From: an uncultured Nitrososphaerota archaeon
GTDB lineage: Archaea > Thermoproteota > EX4484-205 > JAAOZO01
Direction of reading: 5' to 3'
DNA length: 34,881 bases
Assembly: GCA_964408285.1 (NCBI GenBank)
Contig: CAYOYV010000013.1
Coordinates: forward strand, 11,617 to 46,497
The notes beneath the pieces are model-generated. The model made no database searches, was not told the DNA's origin, and saw only the letters and a program-made list of their open reading frames with translations. Shown piece by piece: positions 26,977 through 34,881 of this stretch. A program made the position numbers and the translations under genes. Position 1 is the first letter of the stretch. Each line of letters opens with the position of its first letter.

Positions 26977-29900
26977 TCAGGAACTCGGTGGCCGAAGGAT
27001 CTGTGCACCAGAGACTGGTACACACACGATTACGGATTCCTCCAGCTTGGGCCTTTGATGGTAATACTCCCTTAGAAGTGCTTGCTTGAGCCTTGTAACG
27101 GCGCTGTTTTCAACAAGGATCCCAACGCATCCTCCGAGACCGGCGCCCAATATCTGAGCCCCCAATACCCCTTCTATTGACCGAGATATTTCAACTATCT
27201 TGTCTACCTGTTGGGACCCACAATCATAGAATCCATGAAGGAGAATGGGGTCTGCTTCGTTGAAGCGATTTGGAGTTTGAATTGAGGCTCTAGCCATCAT
27301 CTCTTCTATGGATTCCTTTCTTACTGAACCATCGTATCGAACGGCATTTCCGCCCCGGAATGTCACTTTTCTGTCCCCGCCATGCGATATCCTCATGAGC
27401 CTGCCGAATGATTCTATGCTCGCCTCCAGAATCGTTGGGGCAACGCGGCTTCTTGCACACTCCGATATACCAAAAACTGCTATGTCTCGTATCCTGTAGC
27501 CTTTCATCGGTTCAGAATGCTCCTTGAAAAGTCTCTCAAGTCTTGCGTGCTCCTCCGGCAATTCCAGATACAGCTCTTCCCTTGTCATGCTTTCTGGTAG
27601 ACTCAAGAGGATCCCGTATAGCTGCTTCAGAGATATTCCGAGGCTGGTTGGATCCAGATCCCTGAAGTATTTGATCCGATCGGCCAACAAGGGATACATT
27701 TTCCTGATCAGCATTAGAGCTATCTCATAGCAAGCTACCCTCTGATTGAACGTGTCCTTGGCGCCTACCATCTTGGCCGCTTTGACTAGACTGTCACAGA
27801 CAACTATCTTGTACCCATCAGGAAACTTGTAATGGGATACACTGAGCGGGAAGAATCCTATTTGTGATATATGCCCCTTCTTTCCAAACATCATTGCAGC
27901 GTGATCCCCCATGCCGCCTCTTGTTCCGACATACCACTCAGAAATCCCGGCCCACTCTACTAGCCTTCTCTTACTGATTCTGAGTCGATTGACGGCAACA
28001 AGGGTCAACCAAATTGCCACGACAAGAGCTGACGATGAGGATAATCCGGCCGCCTTTAGAATATCTCCGAACACTACGACATTCGCTCCCCTGAGGTCCT
28101 TCCTGAGAATGCCGGCTTCGGTTTTATACATATTCACAGCGAATCCTATGGTCCTGAGGTAGTCCATCCATGTCCTCGTCTTTCTTTTCTCCGAGAGCTC
28201 CCCTGTCAAAGTTCTCCACTCCTCCTCAGTCAGTTTCCTTGAAGGAAGCTCCTCGCCGATCCTGAATTCGCCGGGAGAATACGACATGTCGACATCCCAA
28301 GCTCGAACTGTTGAGTCCCTTCTTGGCTCAGCTATCATAATGATCTCTCGAGGGATTGCGATTGGATTCACATGACAACCTCTATGGTCCACATGTCGCC
28401 CCATCAAGTTGACTCTGCCAGGAGTCCTGATTAGATAGACGCTCGCATCCCCTCCGAGGATCTTTTTCGATTTTCTGAGGACTGAAAGATAGATCTTCCT
28501 GCGTTCAGCTGCAATCTCAGTCTCTCCATATATTTCCTCCATCAACGTTTGACCCTTTCCCTTGTCCTCGAAGGTCTCGATCCAACTCGATATCTTGGAT
28601 TCCGCCGGCACATCGACTGACTCTAGGTTCGGGTAGCCAGATTCAATCAGCTCCCCGTTCAGCTCCTCATAGCTTATTCGCGAGATCTCTGATTCCTGAC
28701 TCTGGACTATGCAGTTGGTGACGACAGATCTTTCAACAACAGCGAAGGGTCCCAGATTCGATCGGGCGATGGTGCAATCCAGTAGGTCGGAGAATGACTC
28801 CAATCTGAGTGGGGGGATCAGTGCAACTCTCCCTCTCAAGACTGAATTCGGCTTCGGCTCGAAGACCAGATCCGAATATTCCGCCAGGCTATCTATATCA
28901 GAAAGGCGCCTTCTTTTCAACTCGTCCCCCAATACCGATACGAATCGCTTGATGCCACCCAATTCATTTGTCAATCTCATCAGTGAATTGAGGAAAGATG
29001 AGACCTCGGCAGTCGACCGAATGATTGCATTTGGGTGAACCGATACTCCGAATATCTTCTCAAGGGCCTGGATTCCGACTTCGTCCAAGGGCACAAGCTT
29101 CATCGTTTCTTGCGAGAACTCCGAGCCTTTGGGAATGGCCCCTGTAGCTGTGCTATACCTCGCTACATCCTTGCAGACCAAGGCGCAATCCTGAACCTTG
29201 GCGCCTTCTCCGACGCTCGAATCTCGTATGATCGCCCTAGAGACAAACGAATCTCTGCCTATTCTCAAGGAATTGTCGGGGCTCGCAATGATGATAGAGT
29301 CAACCAGAGAGGCACCTGATTCCAAAAAGATCCTTCCCTTCAGATGGATGTCTCCTGAAAGGGACACACCCGGTTGGATTCCATCGATATCGAATCCTTT
29401 GCCGAACCCGATCCATGAACCATCTCTCACAATCACACCTCTCTTACGTAGGGAATCTATGACTTGGTGATTCTTCTGAAAAGAGAATTGCCTAAGATCT
29501 GTTCTGGAGTCCATGCCTTTGGCCGAGCCCCTCTGCAGTCTAAATACGCCCACCCTACCGCTGTTTCTCTTTACCACGTTCGCAACTTCCGGGAGGTAGT
29601 ATTCGTCCTTTTCATGTCTCTCAAGCACGTATGCGTCTTCGCGCTCCGAGGCAACCCGTTCGCACCTAGTGATCCTCGTCAGGTCACCTCTCGAGAATTT
29701 AAGCCCGGATATCTCAAGGGTTTCGCCATGCCCCATTGCCATGAACTTCACATTGGGCACGACAGTCCGGATACCGCCAGATTCGAGGACTCTTCCATAG
29801 TTCCGGCTGTCTAGGTCCCTTATTGTTTTCAGAAACACCTCCCTCGAGACAACCATGCAGAGAACATTCCTTTCTCGTATCGAATTCAGATACTCTGCAC

Positions 29901-30906
29901 TGAATCGAAAACCACCAACATCTATCTCACTTTTTCTCAAGCGATCTTCCTTGGAGAGCCCGATCTGGCCTTGCTCGATTATTCCGAGAAAGGTTCCACT
30001 TTCCTCTCCAAAAAACACATATTCATCCGGATTCAATCTTAGTTTGAGTCTCTCAATGGCTTCCGTCGTCAACTCAATACAGTCCTGTTCGATGGAGCCA
30101 ACCACCGGGTGATGGATGTTCATTTTTCCCTCGCGCCGAATCAGATCGAGATCATCCTTCTCGAGAAGGAGATATCGCGTCCATCCCGGCTTCGATTGAG
30201 CTACTCGGGGTAGTTCCAAGGCAATCAACTCTCCAGTTCTGATCTTGTCATTTAGCAATCGCTGAATATCAGTGACTTCGTTAGCATTCGGCCCTGCCCT
30301 TATGATGCGTTCGATCATGTAAGGCATCCTGACAATCCGACCATGCTCAAATGCACTATCCTCTGTTACTGAGACCAGAGTCACATCGTTGTTGGAACTG
30401 AAGTGATACGAGATTATCTGACTGAGCTCATCAGAACCTATGGTGGGCAGGTCCGATCCAATTATCAGTACAGCCTTGGCTGACGGGTCAGAGGCCAATA
30501 TCTGTTTAGCTTCTTCTGCGACAATAGTGGCACCTGTGCCGGCATCCTTTCCTTCTAGGTTGTTGTAGAATATCCTAACATCCTCCCGGGAGGCTAGAAC
30601 CTCCTTTATGTCATGCTGTATTCTGAATTTCATCTTGGCAATGCGGTCCAGAGCTCTTGGATCGTTGAAATCAATCCTATCTCCGATCCTCACAAGTATT
30701 CTTGACGACAACGGCTCCACGTTTTCAATTACGAGTTCAAGCAGAGTCTTTCCGGACTGAAAATCCCTGAGACATGGCTTCGCTAGATAGTCAAGAAGGG
30801 GATCGTCAATATTCCAATCCGGATTGATTCTTGTGCCGAAGCCAGCAGCTGGAATGACAGCTATGACCGATGTCTTGTAATGCGCCGGTCCCGAATCCAT
30901 GGACAC
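26977..30906 (-). CDS. Multidomain fusion: GlmU-like nucleotidyltransferase + left-handed beta-helix repeats + galactokinase-like GHMP kinase
   Basis: N-terminal AAGFGTR..K, GTG, GSDLP, HGRIVR, GIIE, EYYLPEV. Central hexapeptide-like repeats. C-terminal PGRVNLMGRHVDH, AGLSSSSA, GGMGDH, FG.LM..SH, GAGLGGC. 1309 aa uninterrupted. Confidence 0.85.
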   Translation of the reverse strand: MSMDSGPAHYKTSVIAVIPAAGFGTRINPDWNIDDPLLDYLAKPCLRDFQSGKTLLELVIENVEPLSSRILVRIGDRIDFNDPRALDRIAKMKFRIQHDIKEVLASREDVRIFYNNLEGKDAGTGATIVAEEAKQILASDPSAKAVLIIGSDLPTIGSDELSQIISYHFSSNNDVTLVSVTEDSAFEHGRIVRMPYMIERIIRAGPNANEVTDIQRLLNDKIRTGELIALELPRVAQSKPGWTRYLLLEKDDLDLIRREGKMNIHHPVVGSIEQDCIELTTEAIERLKLRLNPDEYVFFGEESGTFLGIIEQGQIGLSKEDRLRKSEIDVGGFRFSAEYLNSIRERNVLCMVVSREVFLKTIRDLDSRNYGRVLESGGIRTVVPNVKFMAMGHGETLEISGLKFSRGDLTRITRCERVASEREDAYVLERHEKDEYYLPEVANVVKRNSGRVGVFRLQRGSAKGMDSRTDLRQFSFQKNHQVIDSLRKRGVIVRDGSWIGFGKGFDIDGIQPGVSLSGDIHLKGRIFLESGASLVDSIIIASPDNSLRIGRDSFVSRAIIRDSSVGEGAKVQDCALVCKDVARYSTATGAIPKGSEFSQETMKLVPLDEVGIQALEKIFGVSVHPNAIIRSTAEVSSFLNSLMRLTNELGGIKRFVSVLGDELKRRRLSDIDSLAEYSDLVFEPKPNSVLRGRVALIPPLRLESFSDLLDCTIARSNLGPFAVVERSVVTNCIVQSQESEISRISYEELNGELIESGYPNLESVDVPAESKISSWIETFEDKGKGQTLMEEIYGETEIAAERRKIYLSVLRKSKKILGGDASVYLIRTPGRVNLMGRHVDHRGCHVNPIAIPREIIMIAEPRRDSTVRAWDVDMSYSPGEFRIGEELPSRKLTEEEWRTLTGELSEKRKTRTWMDYLRTIGFAVNMYKTEAGILRKDLRGANVVVFGDILKAAGLSSSSALVVAIWLTLVAVNRLRISKRRLVEWAGISEWYVGTRGGMGDHAAMMFGKKGHISQIGFFPLSVSHYKFPDGYKIVVCDSLVKAAKMVGAKDTFNQRVACYEIALMLIRKMYPLLADRIKYFRDLDPTSLGISLKQLYGILLSLPESMTREELYLELPEEHARLERLFKEHSEPMKGYRIRDIAVFGISECARSRVAPTILEASIESFGRLMRISHGGDRKVTFRGGNAVRYDGSVRKESIEEMMARASIQTPNRFNEADPILLHGFYDCGSQQVDKIVEISRSIEGVLGAQILGAGLGGCVGILVENSAVTRLKQALLREYYHQRPKLEESVIVCVPVSGAQILRPPSS

Positions 30907-31071
30907 TAGGCTCCAGTAGGCACAGCGGACCTTACCGTTTAAGGATTTGGCTACGAAGTGCGTAGCATCGATGCAGCCTAGCTGTATCGTCGCCGGGGCC
31001 CAAGCCTCAGATGAGTCTGTTCAGTCACCTCCAAGAAAGCTTTTTCATCTTCTATCGACAAACAGTATTGA

Positions 31072-32109
31072 TTGAAGACCTCGATTAGATTCGGCTTGGC
31101 AGGAACAGGGGTAGGGGCTGAATTCGTGGCCAAGGCATATGAGATGATTGAGAAGGATGGCAGAGCTCAGCTTGTGACCGTCTTCGGCGTGCCATCGCAA
31201 CTTGCAAGCGACTTCGCATCTCGCTATGGCATCCCCTCTTGGTACGACGACTACGATAGGATGATTGAGACCCAAGATATCGACGCGATTGTCATCTCCA
31301 CGCCGCACTTCCTCCATTATCAGATGGCCATCAAGGCTATGCAAAGAGGAATCCACGTATTAGTGGACAAGCCGATCTCGATCGCTCTCAGGGAGGCAGA
31401 CGAGATGATCGCCTTTGCGCAGAAGAGGGGGCTGAAGCTGGGCGTAAACTTCCAGAACAGATTTGACGATTCAGCAATAAGAGTCAAAAGGGCGGCAGAA
31501 AATGGACGGATGGGAAAACTTCTTCTCGGTGCAGCTCAGATACACTGGTATAGGGATCAGGAGTATTACGACAAGAGCGAATGGAGAGGGAAATGGGCCA
31601 CAGAAGGCGGAGGAGTTCTCATAAATCAGGGGATTCACACCATAGATCTCTTGGCCTGGATAATGGGGCCTCTTGACGAGATTTGGGGAAGGATAAACAC
31701 CTTGGCTCACAAGATAGAGGTCGAGGATCTGGCAGTAGGATGTCTAAGGTTCAGGAACGGAGCCCTTGGCGTTATTCAGGCAAGCACGGCTACCTATCCG
31801 GGATTCCCCACTGCGCTTGAGATATATGGCACTGACGGTTGCGCTAAGATCGAGGGCGCTTCGCTCAAATACCTCATGCTTGACCGAAAGGAAGAGCCCG
31901 TTCAGCAAAAGGAGAGCGAACTAGCTTCATGGGCAAGGCCAGAGGCCGTTCCAGCGCTCAATCACTCAAGGGTCTTGAAAGACTTCTTCTCCGCTATATT
32001 GGAAGACCGGAAGCCCATGATTGACGGAGTGGAAGGAAGGAAATCGCTGGAGATAATAACTAGTATATATGAATCAAGCAAGACTGGCGAGAGCATATCA
32101 GTGGCTTAG
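31072..32109 (+). CDS. Gfo/Idh/MocA family oxidoreductase
   Basis: GLAGTG, TPHFLH, HVLVDKP, FQNRF, WRG.W..EGGGVLINQGIHTIDL, EVED. Confidence 0.93.
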   Translation: MKTSIRFGLAGTGVGAEFVAKAYEMIEKDGRAQLVTVFGVPSQLASDFASRYGIPSWYDDYDRMIETQDIDAIVISTPHFLHYQMAIKAMQRGIHVLVDKPISIALREADEMIAFAQKRGLKLGVNFQNRFDDSAIRVKRAAENGRMGKLLLGAAQIHWYRDQEYYDKSEWRGKWATEGGGVLINQGIHTIDLLAWIMGPLDEIWGRINTLAHKIEVEDLAVGCLRFRNGALGVIQASTATYPGFPTALEIYGTDGCAKIEGASLKYLMLDRKEEPVQQKESELASWARPEAVPALNHSRVLKDFFSAILEDRKPMIDGVEGRKSLEIITSIYESSKTGESISVA

Positions 32110-32189
32110 AGCAAGTCACGGATGGAACGTAGCGGCTACTATCTTGCTCCCTTGCAGGGGATTGGGTCAGGAGATGCTTCAGATGAGCT

Positions 32190-32201
32190 AAAGTATAAAT
32201 C
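32190..32201 (+). promoter_or_regulatory. Putative BRE/TATA promoter AAAGTATAAATC (leaderless transcript likely)
   Basis: TATAAA about 25 nt upstream of ATG 32224. Identical to the element at 3015..3026. Confidence 0.6.
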
Positions 32202-32223
32202 GCTACTGGCTTGCGAATCATCC

Positions 32224-33432
32224 ATGGCTAAGTTGGCTGTAAAAGGAGGTAAGCCAGTCAGGAAGAAGGCTTTCCCTTCTTGGCCGATTTTCGATGGAAG
32301 GGAGAAGAAGGCTCTACTGGATGTTCTGAACAGCGGGAAATGGGGGATAGGTGGAAAGAGGAACGAGGAGTTCGCGGCGAAGTTTGCCGCATCTCATCAA
32401 GCGAAATTCGGTGTGACTTGTACTAGCGGAACGACAGGCCTGATCCTTGCACTGAAGGCGGCAGGTATAGGCTACGGCGATGAGGTCATAGTCCCTCCCT
32501 ACACCTTCATTGCGACGGCGACTGCAGCACTGTCTGTCGATGCCATCCCCGTATTCGTTGATATAGATGCCAGGACATACAACTTAGATGCTGACCTTCT
32601 AGAACAAGCAATCACCCCGAAGACGAAAGCGATAATCCCCGTTCACATAGGAGGAGGACCGGCTCATATGGACAAGATCATGAATGTGGCGACCAATCAC
32701 AACCTGTTCGTCATTGAGGACGCATGCCAAGCCCATGGTGCAGAATGGAAAGGTCGAAAGGTGGGAGCTATAGGTCACATGGGGGTCTTCAGCTTTCAAT
32801 CGAGCAAGAACATAAACGCAGGAGAAGGCGGGATTGTTCTCAGCAACGACGAAGATCTTGCGGAGAAGGTCTGGTCCTATATGAATGTCGGCAGATCTAG
32901 AAAAGGAGAGTGGTATGAGCATGCCGTGTTGGGATGGAACTACAGGATGTCTGAGTTCCAAGGGGGCCTTCTGATTGCCCAGCTCACCAGGATGGAGAGG
33001 TTCATGAGAATCAGGGAGAGAAATGCTGAGTATTTGGCCAAGAGGATCGGTCAGATACAGGGCATCGAGCACGTTGGATCCTATCCGGAGACGACCAGAC
33101 ATGCCTATCATCTGTTCCTTATGAGGTATGATAGCGCCCAGTTCGGTGGACTTCCACGTCAGAAATTCATAGCGGCCTTGAACGCAGAGGGCATTCCTGT
33201 TAGTCCGGGCTATGCGACTGGACCCCTATACAGAATGAGGGCCATTGCTGAATACCGAATCCCGGGATTAGTTCTCGACTACTCTAGGACTTTCCAACCA
33301 GTATGCGAACGCGCCTGTAACGAAGAGGGCATGTGGCTCGGTCAAACCGTCTTGCTAGGCAGCAAGAAGGACATGGATGATATCGCAGACGCCATCCTAA
33401 AGGTAAAGGACAACGTTTCAGAATTGCTCTAG
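32224..33432 (+). CDS. DegT/DnrJ/EryC1/StrS PLP aminotransferase (RifK/BtrR-like subgroup)
   Basis: LAVKGG.PVR...FPSWP, SGT, PPYTFIATA, EDACQAHG, SFQSSKN (PLP lysine), GEGG, GWNYRMSEFQ. Confidence 0.93.
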   Translation: MAKLAVKGGKPVRKKAFPSWPIFDGREKKALLDVLNSGKWGIGGKRNEEFAAKFAASHQAKFGVTCTSGTTGLILALKAAGIGYGDEVIVPPYTFIATATAALSVDAIPVFVDIDARTYNLDADLLEQAITPKTKAIIPVHIGGGPAHMDKIMNVATNHNLFVIEDACQAHGAEWKGRKVGAIGHMGVFSFQSSKNINAGEGGIVLSNDEDLAEKVWSYMNVGRSRKGEWYEHAVLGWNYRMSEFQGGLLIAQLTRMERFMRIRERNAEYLAKRIGQIQGIEHVGSYPETTRHAYHLFLMRYDSAQFGGLPRQKFIAALNAEGIPVSPGYATGPLYRMRAIAEYRIPGLVLDYSRTFQPVCERACNEEGMWLGQTVLLGSKKDMDDIADAILKVKDNVSELL

Positions 33433-33576
33433 CCGAACGCCCGCTGGTCTATGCCTCGGCCCCGGTCAGGCAATATGATTGAAGACTCAGATTAAGAGTT
33501 GATCTAGGATCATACTGTCGGCCGTTCTGTCTTGCATGCCAAAGGCTTTTTACCCATCCGCCTAACTCAGGTGACG

Positions 33577-34434
33577 ATGATTGCCACTAACGGATTGGTG
33601 TTCGCGAACTTGAGGTTTGAAGAGGCTTTGCGTGCCTTCAAGACAATAGGAGTAGAAGCGTTTGAGTTGCCGCACCCGATATTCTACACCGGAATATTCT
33701 CGTTCAGCATCTCTCCGTCCCTGAAGGACTTGCTCGAGGAGACTTCTGTGTTGTCATCAACTGATATCAAGATCGTCACCGTAAACGCAGGCAATGATTT
33801 TCTGAAGCCAGATGATCTGTCATTTAGGAAAGAGATAGAGAAGACCAAGGTCTGCATCGACACTGCTCAGGCCCTAGGAGTTCCATTGGTCAGGGTTTTC
33901 ATAGGAGAACCCAAGGAAGGAATGTCCACCGAGGGATATTTCGAACTGGCACACCAGGCCTTAGCGGAGGTCTGCAAATACGCAGAGAAGACCAATGTCT
34001 TGCTTGCCCTTGAGAATCACGGCAGATATAGCAATGACGTGAAAGTGATCAATGCAGTATTGGCCAGGGTGAATTCTCCGATTCTGAACCTGAACATCGA
34101 TACGGGCAATTTCTATTGGTTCGGGTACAGCCTTGAGGAAACTGAAAACATTCTGGATTCTCTCTCAAGCCTTGCTGTTCACACTCACCTGAAGAATGCA
34201 AAGGCGATTGACAGGACAAAACCCAGATCGATCGGAGAGACAGAAACCGTAAGGCTATGGGACGGGGACATAGATATTGGTCGCTTCGTGTCGAATCTTA
34301 TGAGACAGGGCTACAAAGGAGCACTCTCACCAGAATTCGAATTCAAGGGCATGAGGGAAATGAGACAAGTGGAGCTAGAGGAGGCCCTGCGGGAGGATAC
34401 TGATAGACTCAGAAAACTCGTGGCAACTCGCTAG
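33577..34434 (+). CDS. Sugar phosphate isomerase/epimerase (xylose-isomerase-like TIM barrel)
   Basis: VRVF.G, LALENHG, NIDTGN, HTHLK, G..G.LSPEFE. AGGTGA SD before ATG 33577. Confidence 0.87.
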   Translation: MIATNGLVFANLRFEEALRAFKTIGVEAFELPHPIFYTGIFSFSISPSLKDLLEETSVLSSTDIKIVTVNAGNDFLKPDDLSFRKEIEKTKVCIDTAQALGVPLVRVFIGEPKEGMSTEGYFELAHQALAEVCKYAEKTNVLLALENHGRYSNDVKVINAVLARVNSPILNLNIDTGNFYWFGYSLEETENILDSLSSLAVHTHLKNAKAIDRTKPRSIGETETVRLWDGDIDIGRFVSNLMRQGYKGALSPEFEFKGMREMRQVELEEALREDTDRLRKLVATR

Positions 34435-34543
34435 TATTCTGCGATTGCCTCTTCCCAGCGTTGCATGAATTCCCGAGTCCTAACGGTCTTTTCCGGCACT
34501 CGCGTATCATTTATCTTGGCATCCCCTTGCGCGTTATCAGAAA

Positions 34544-34881
34544 ATGGCCATTGATTTCTATGACTTCGGGCACATAGTAGTGGATGGTAGGGCATACGAC
34601 TACGACATAATAATATTCGAGGGCACAGTGCTGAGGTGGACAAGAAGACAAAGCCATTTACTGGAAATCGAAGATCTGAGAGAGGCGCTTCGGGAGAGTC
34701 CGGATATAGTCCTTATAGGAAACGGTTACAATGGCTTGATGAAGGTCCCAGATCAAGTCATCTATGCCATTGGAGCTCAGGGAATAGAGGTCATTGTAGA
34801 GAAGACCACTGAAGTCGTCAGAAGATTCAATGAGCTGCCCAAGAGTAGGCGGGCTATTGCAGCTCTTCACATTACGTGTTA
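34544..34881 (+). CDS. Mth938-like (DUF498/DUF598) protein; stop codon cut by the window edge
   Basis: Not in the ORF track. Manual translation MAIDFYDFGHIVVDGRAYDYDIIIF...HLLEIEDL...PDIVLIGNGYNGLMKVP...GIEVIVEKT.EVVRRFNEL...AIAALHITC, followed by 'TA' at the window end. This is the classic Mth938 pattern. Confidence 0.88.
   Translation, partial: MAIDFYDFGHIVVDGRAYDYDIIIFEGTVLRWTRRQSHLLEIEDLREALRESPDIVLIGNGYNGLMKVPDQVIYAIGAQGIEVIVEKTTEVVRRFNELPKSRRAIAALHITC

Noticed and set aside
26977-30906. Intein as the explanation for the large size of the fusion protein
   Set aside because: No C/S...HN-C/S/T splice junctions or LAGLIDADG motifs were seen. The extra length is explained by additional domains and repeats.
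31070-33487. GATTGAAGAC occurring near 31070 and 33477, resembling a CRISPR repeat end
   Set aside because: Only two short copies 2.4 kb apart, with no regular repeat-spacer structure and no cas genes.
34431-34870. Two 70-aa minus-strand ORFs at the right edge
   Set aside because: They overlap the clearly recognisable Mth938-like CDS on the plus strand (34544..>34881).

Overview
Gene-dense archaeal chromosomal segment, about 50% GC by eye. Archaeal markers are FEN1, a histone-fold protein, ThiI, HypA with an Mrp/MinD-type partner, and BRE/TATA promoters with several apparently leaderless genes. The gene content suggests an anaerobic, sugar-rich, methylotrophic archaeon such as a Brockarchaeota or Bathyarchaeia-like Thermoproteota lineage; this is inference only. 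About 31 CDS are supported, including two at the window edges that the ORF track missed: a DegT aminotransferase (1..478, minus) and an Mth938-like protein (34544..>34881, plus). Main points of interest: (1) a compact corrinoid methyltransferase operon (MtaC-like, MtaB, bacterial-type [2Fe-2S] RACE activator, and a UroD-family protein lacking the MtaA zinc cysteines); (2) a 1309-aa fusion of a GlmU-like nucleotidyltransferase, a duplicated beta-helix region and a galactokinase-like GHMP kinase with an altered sugar-binding signature; (3) a short alpha3-truncated histone with a Lys/Ala/Pro/Glu N-terminal tail; (4) a hypA / Mrp-type hypB pair followed by a DUF6379-like beta-sandwich protein; (5) many rare-sugar and amino-sugar enzymes. 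I saw no rRNA, tRNA, CRISPR array or mobile element. All family calls come from motif recognition by eye, not database searches.
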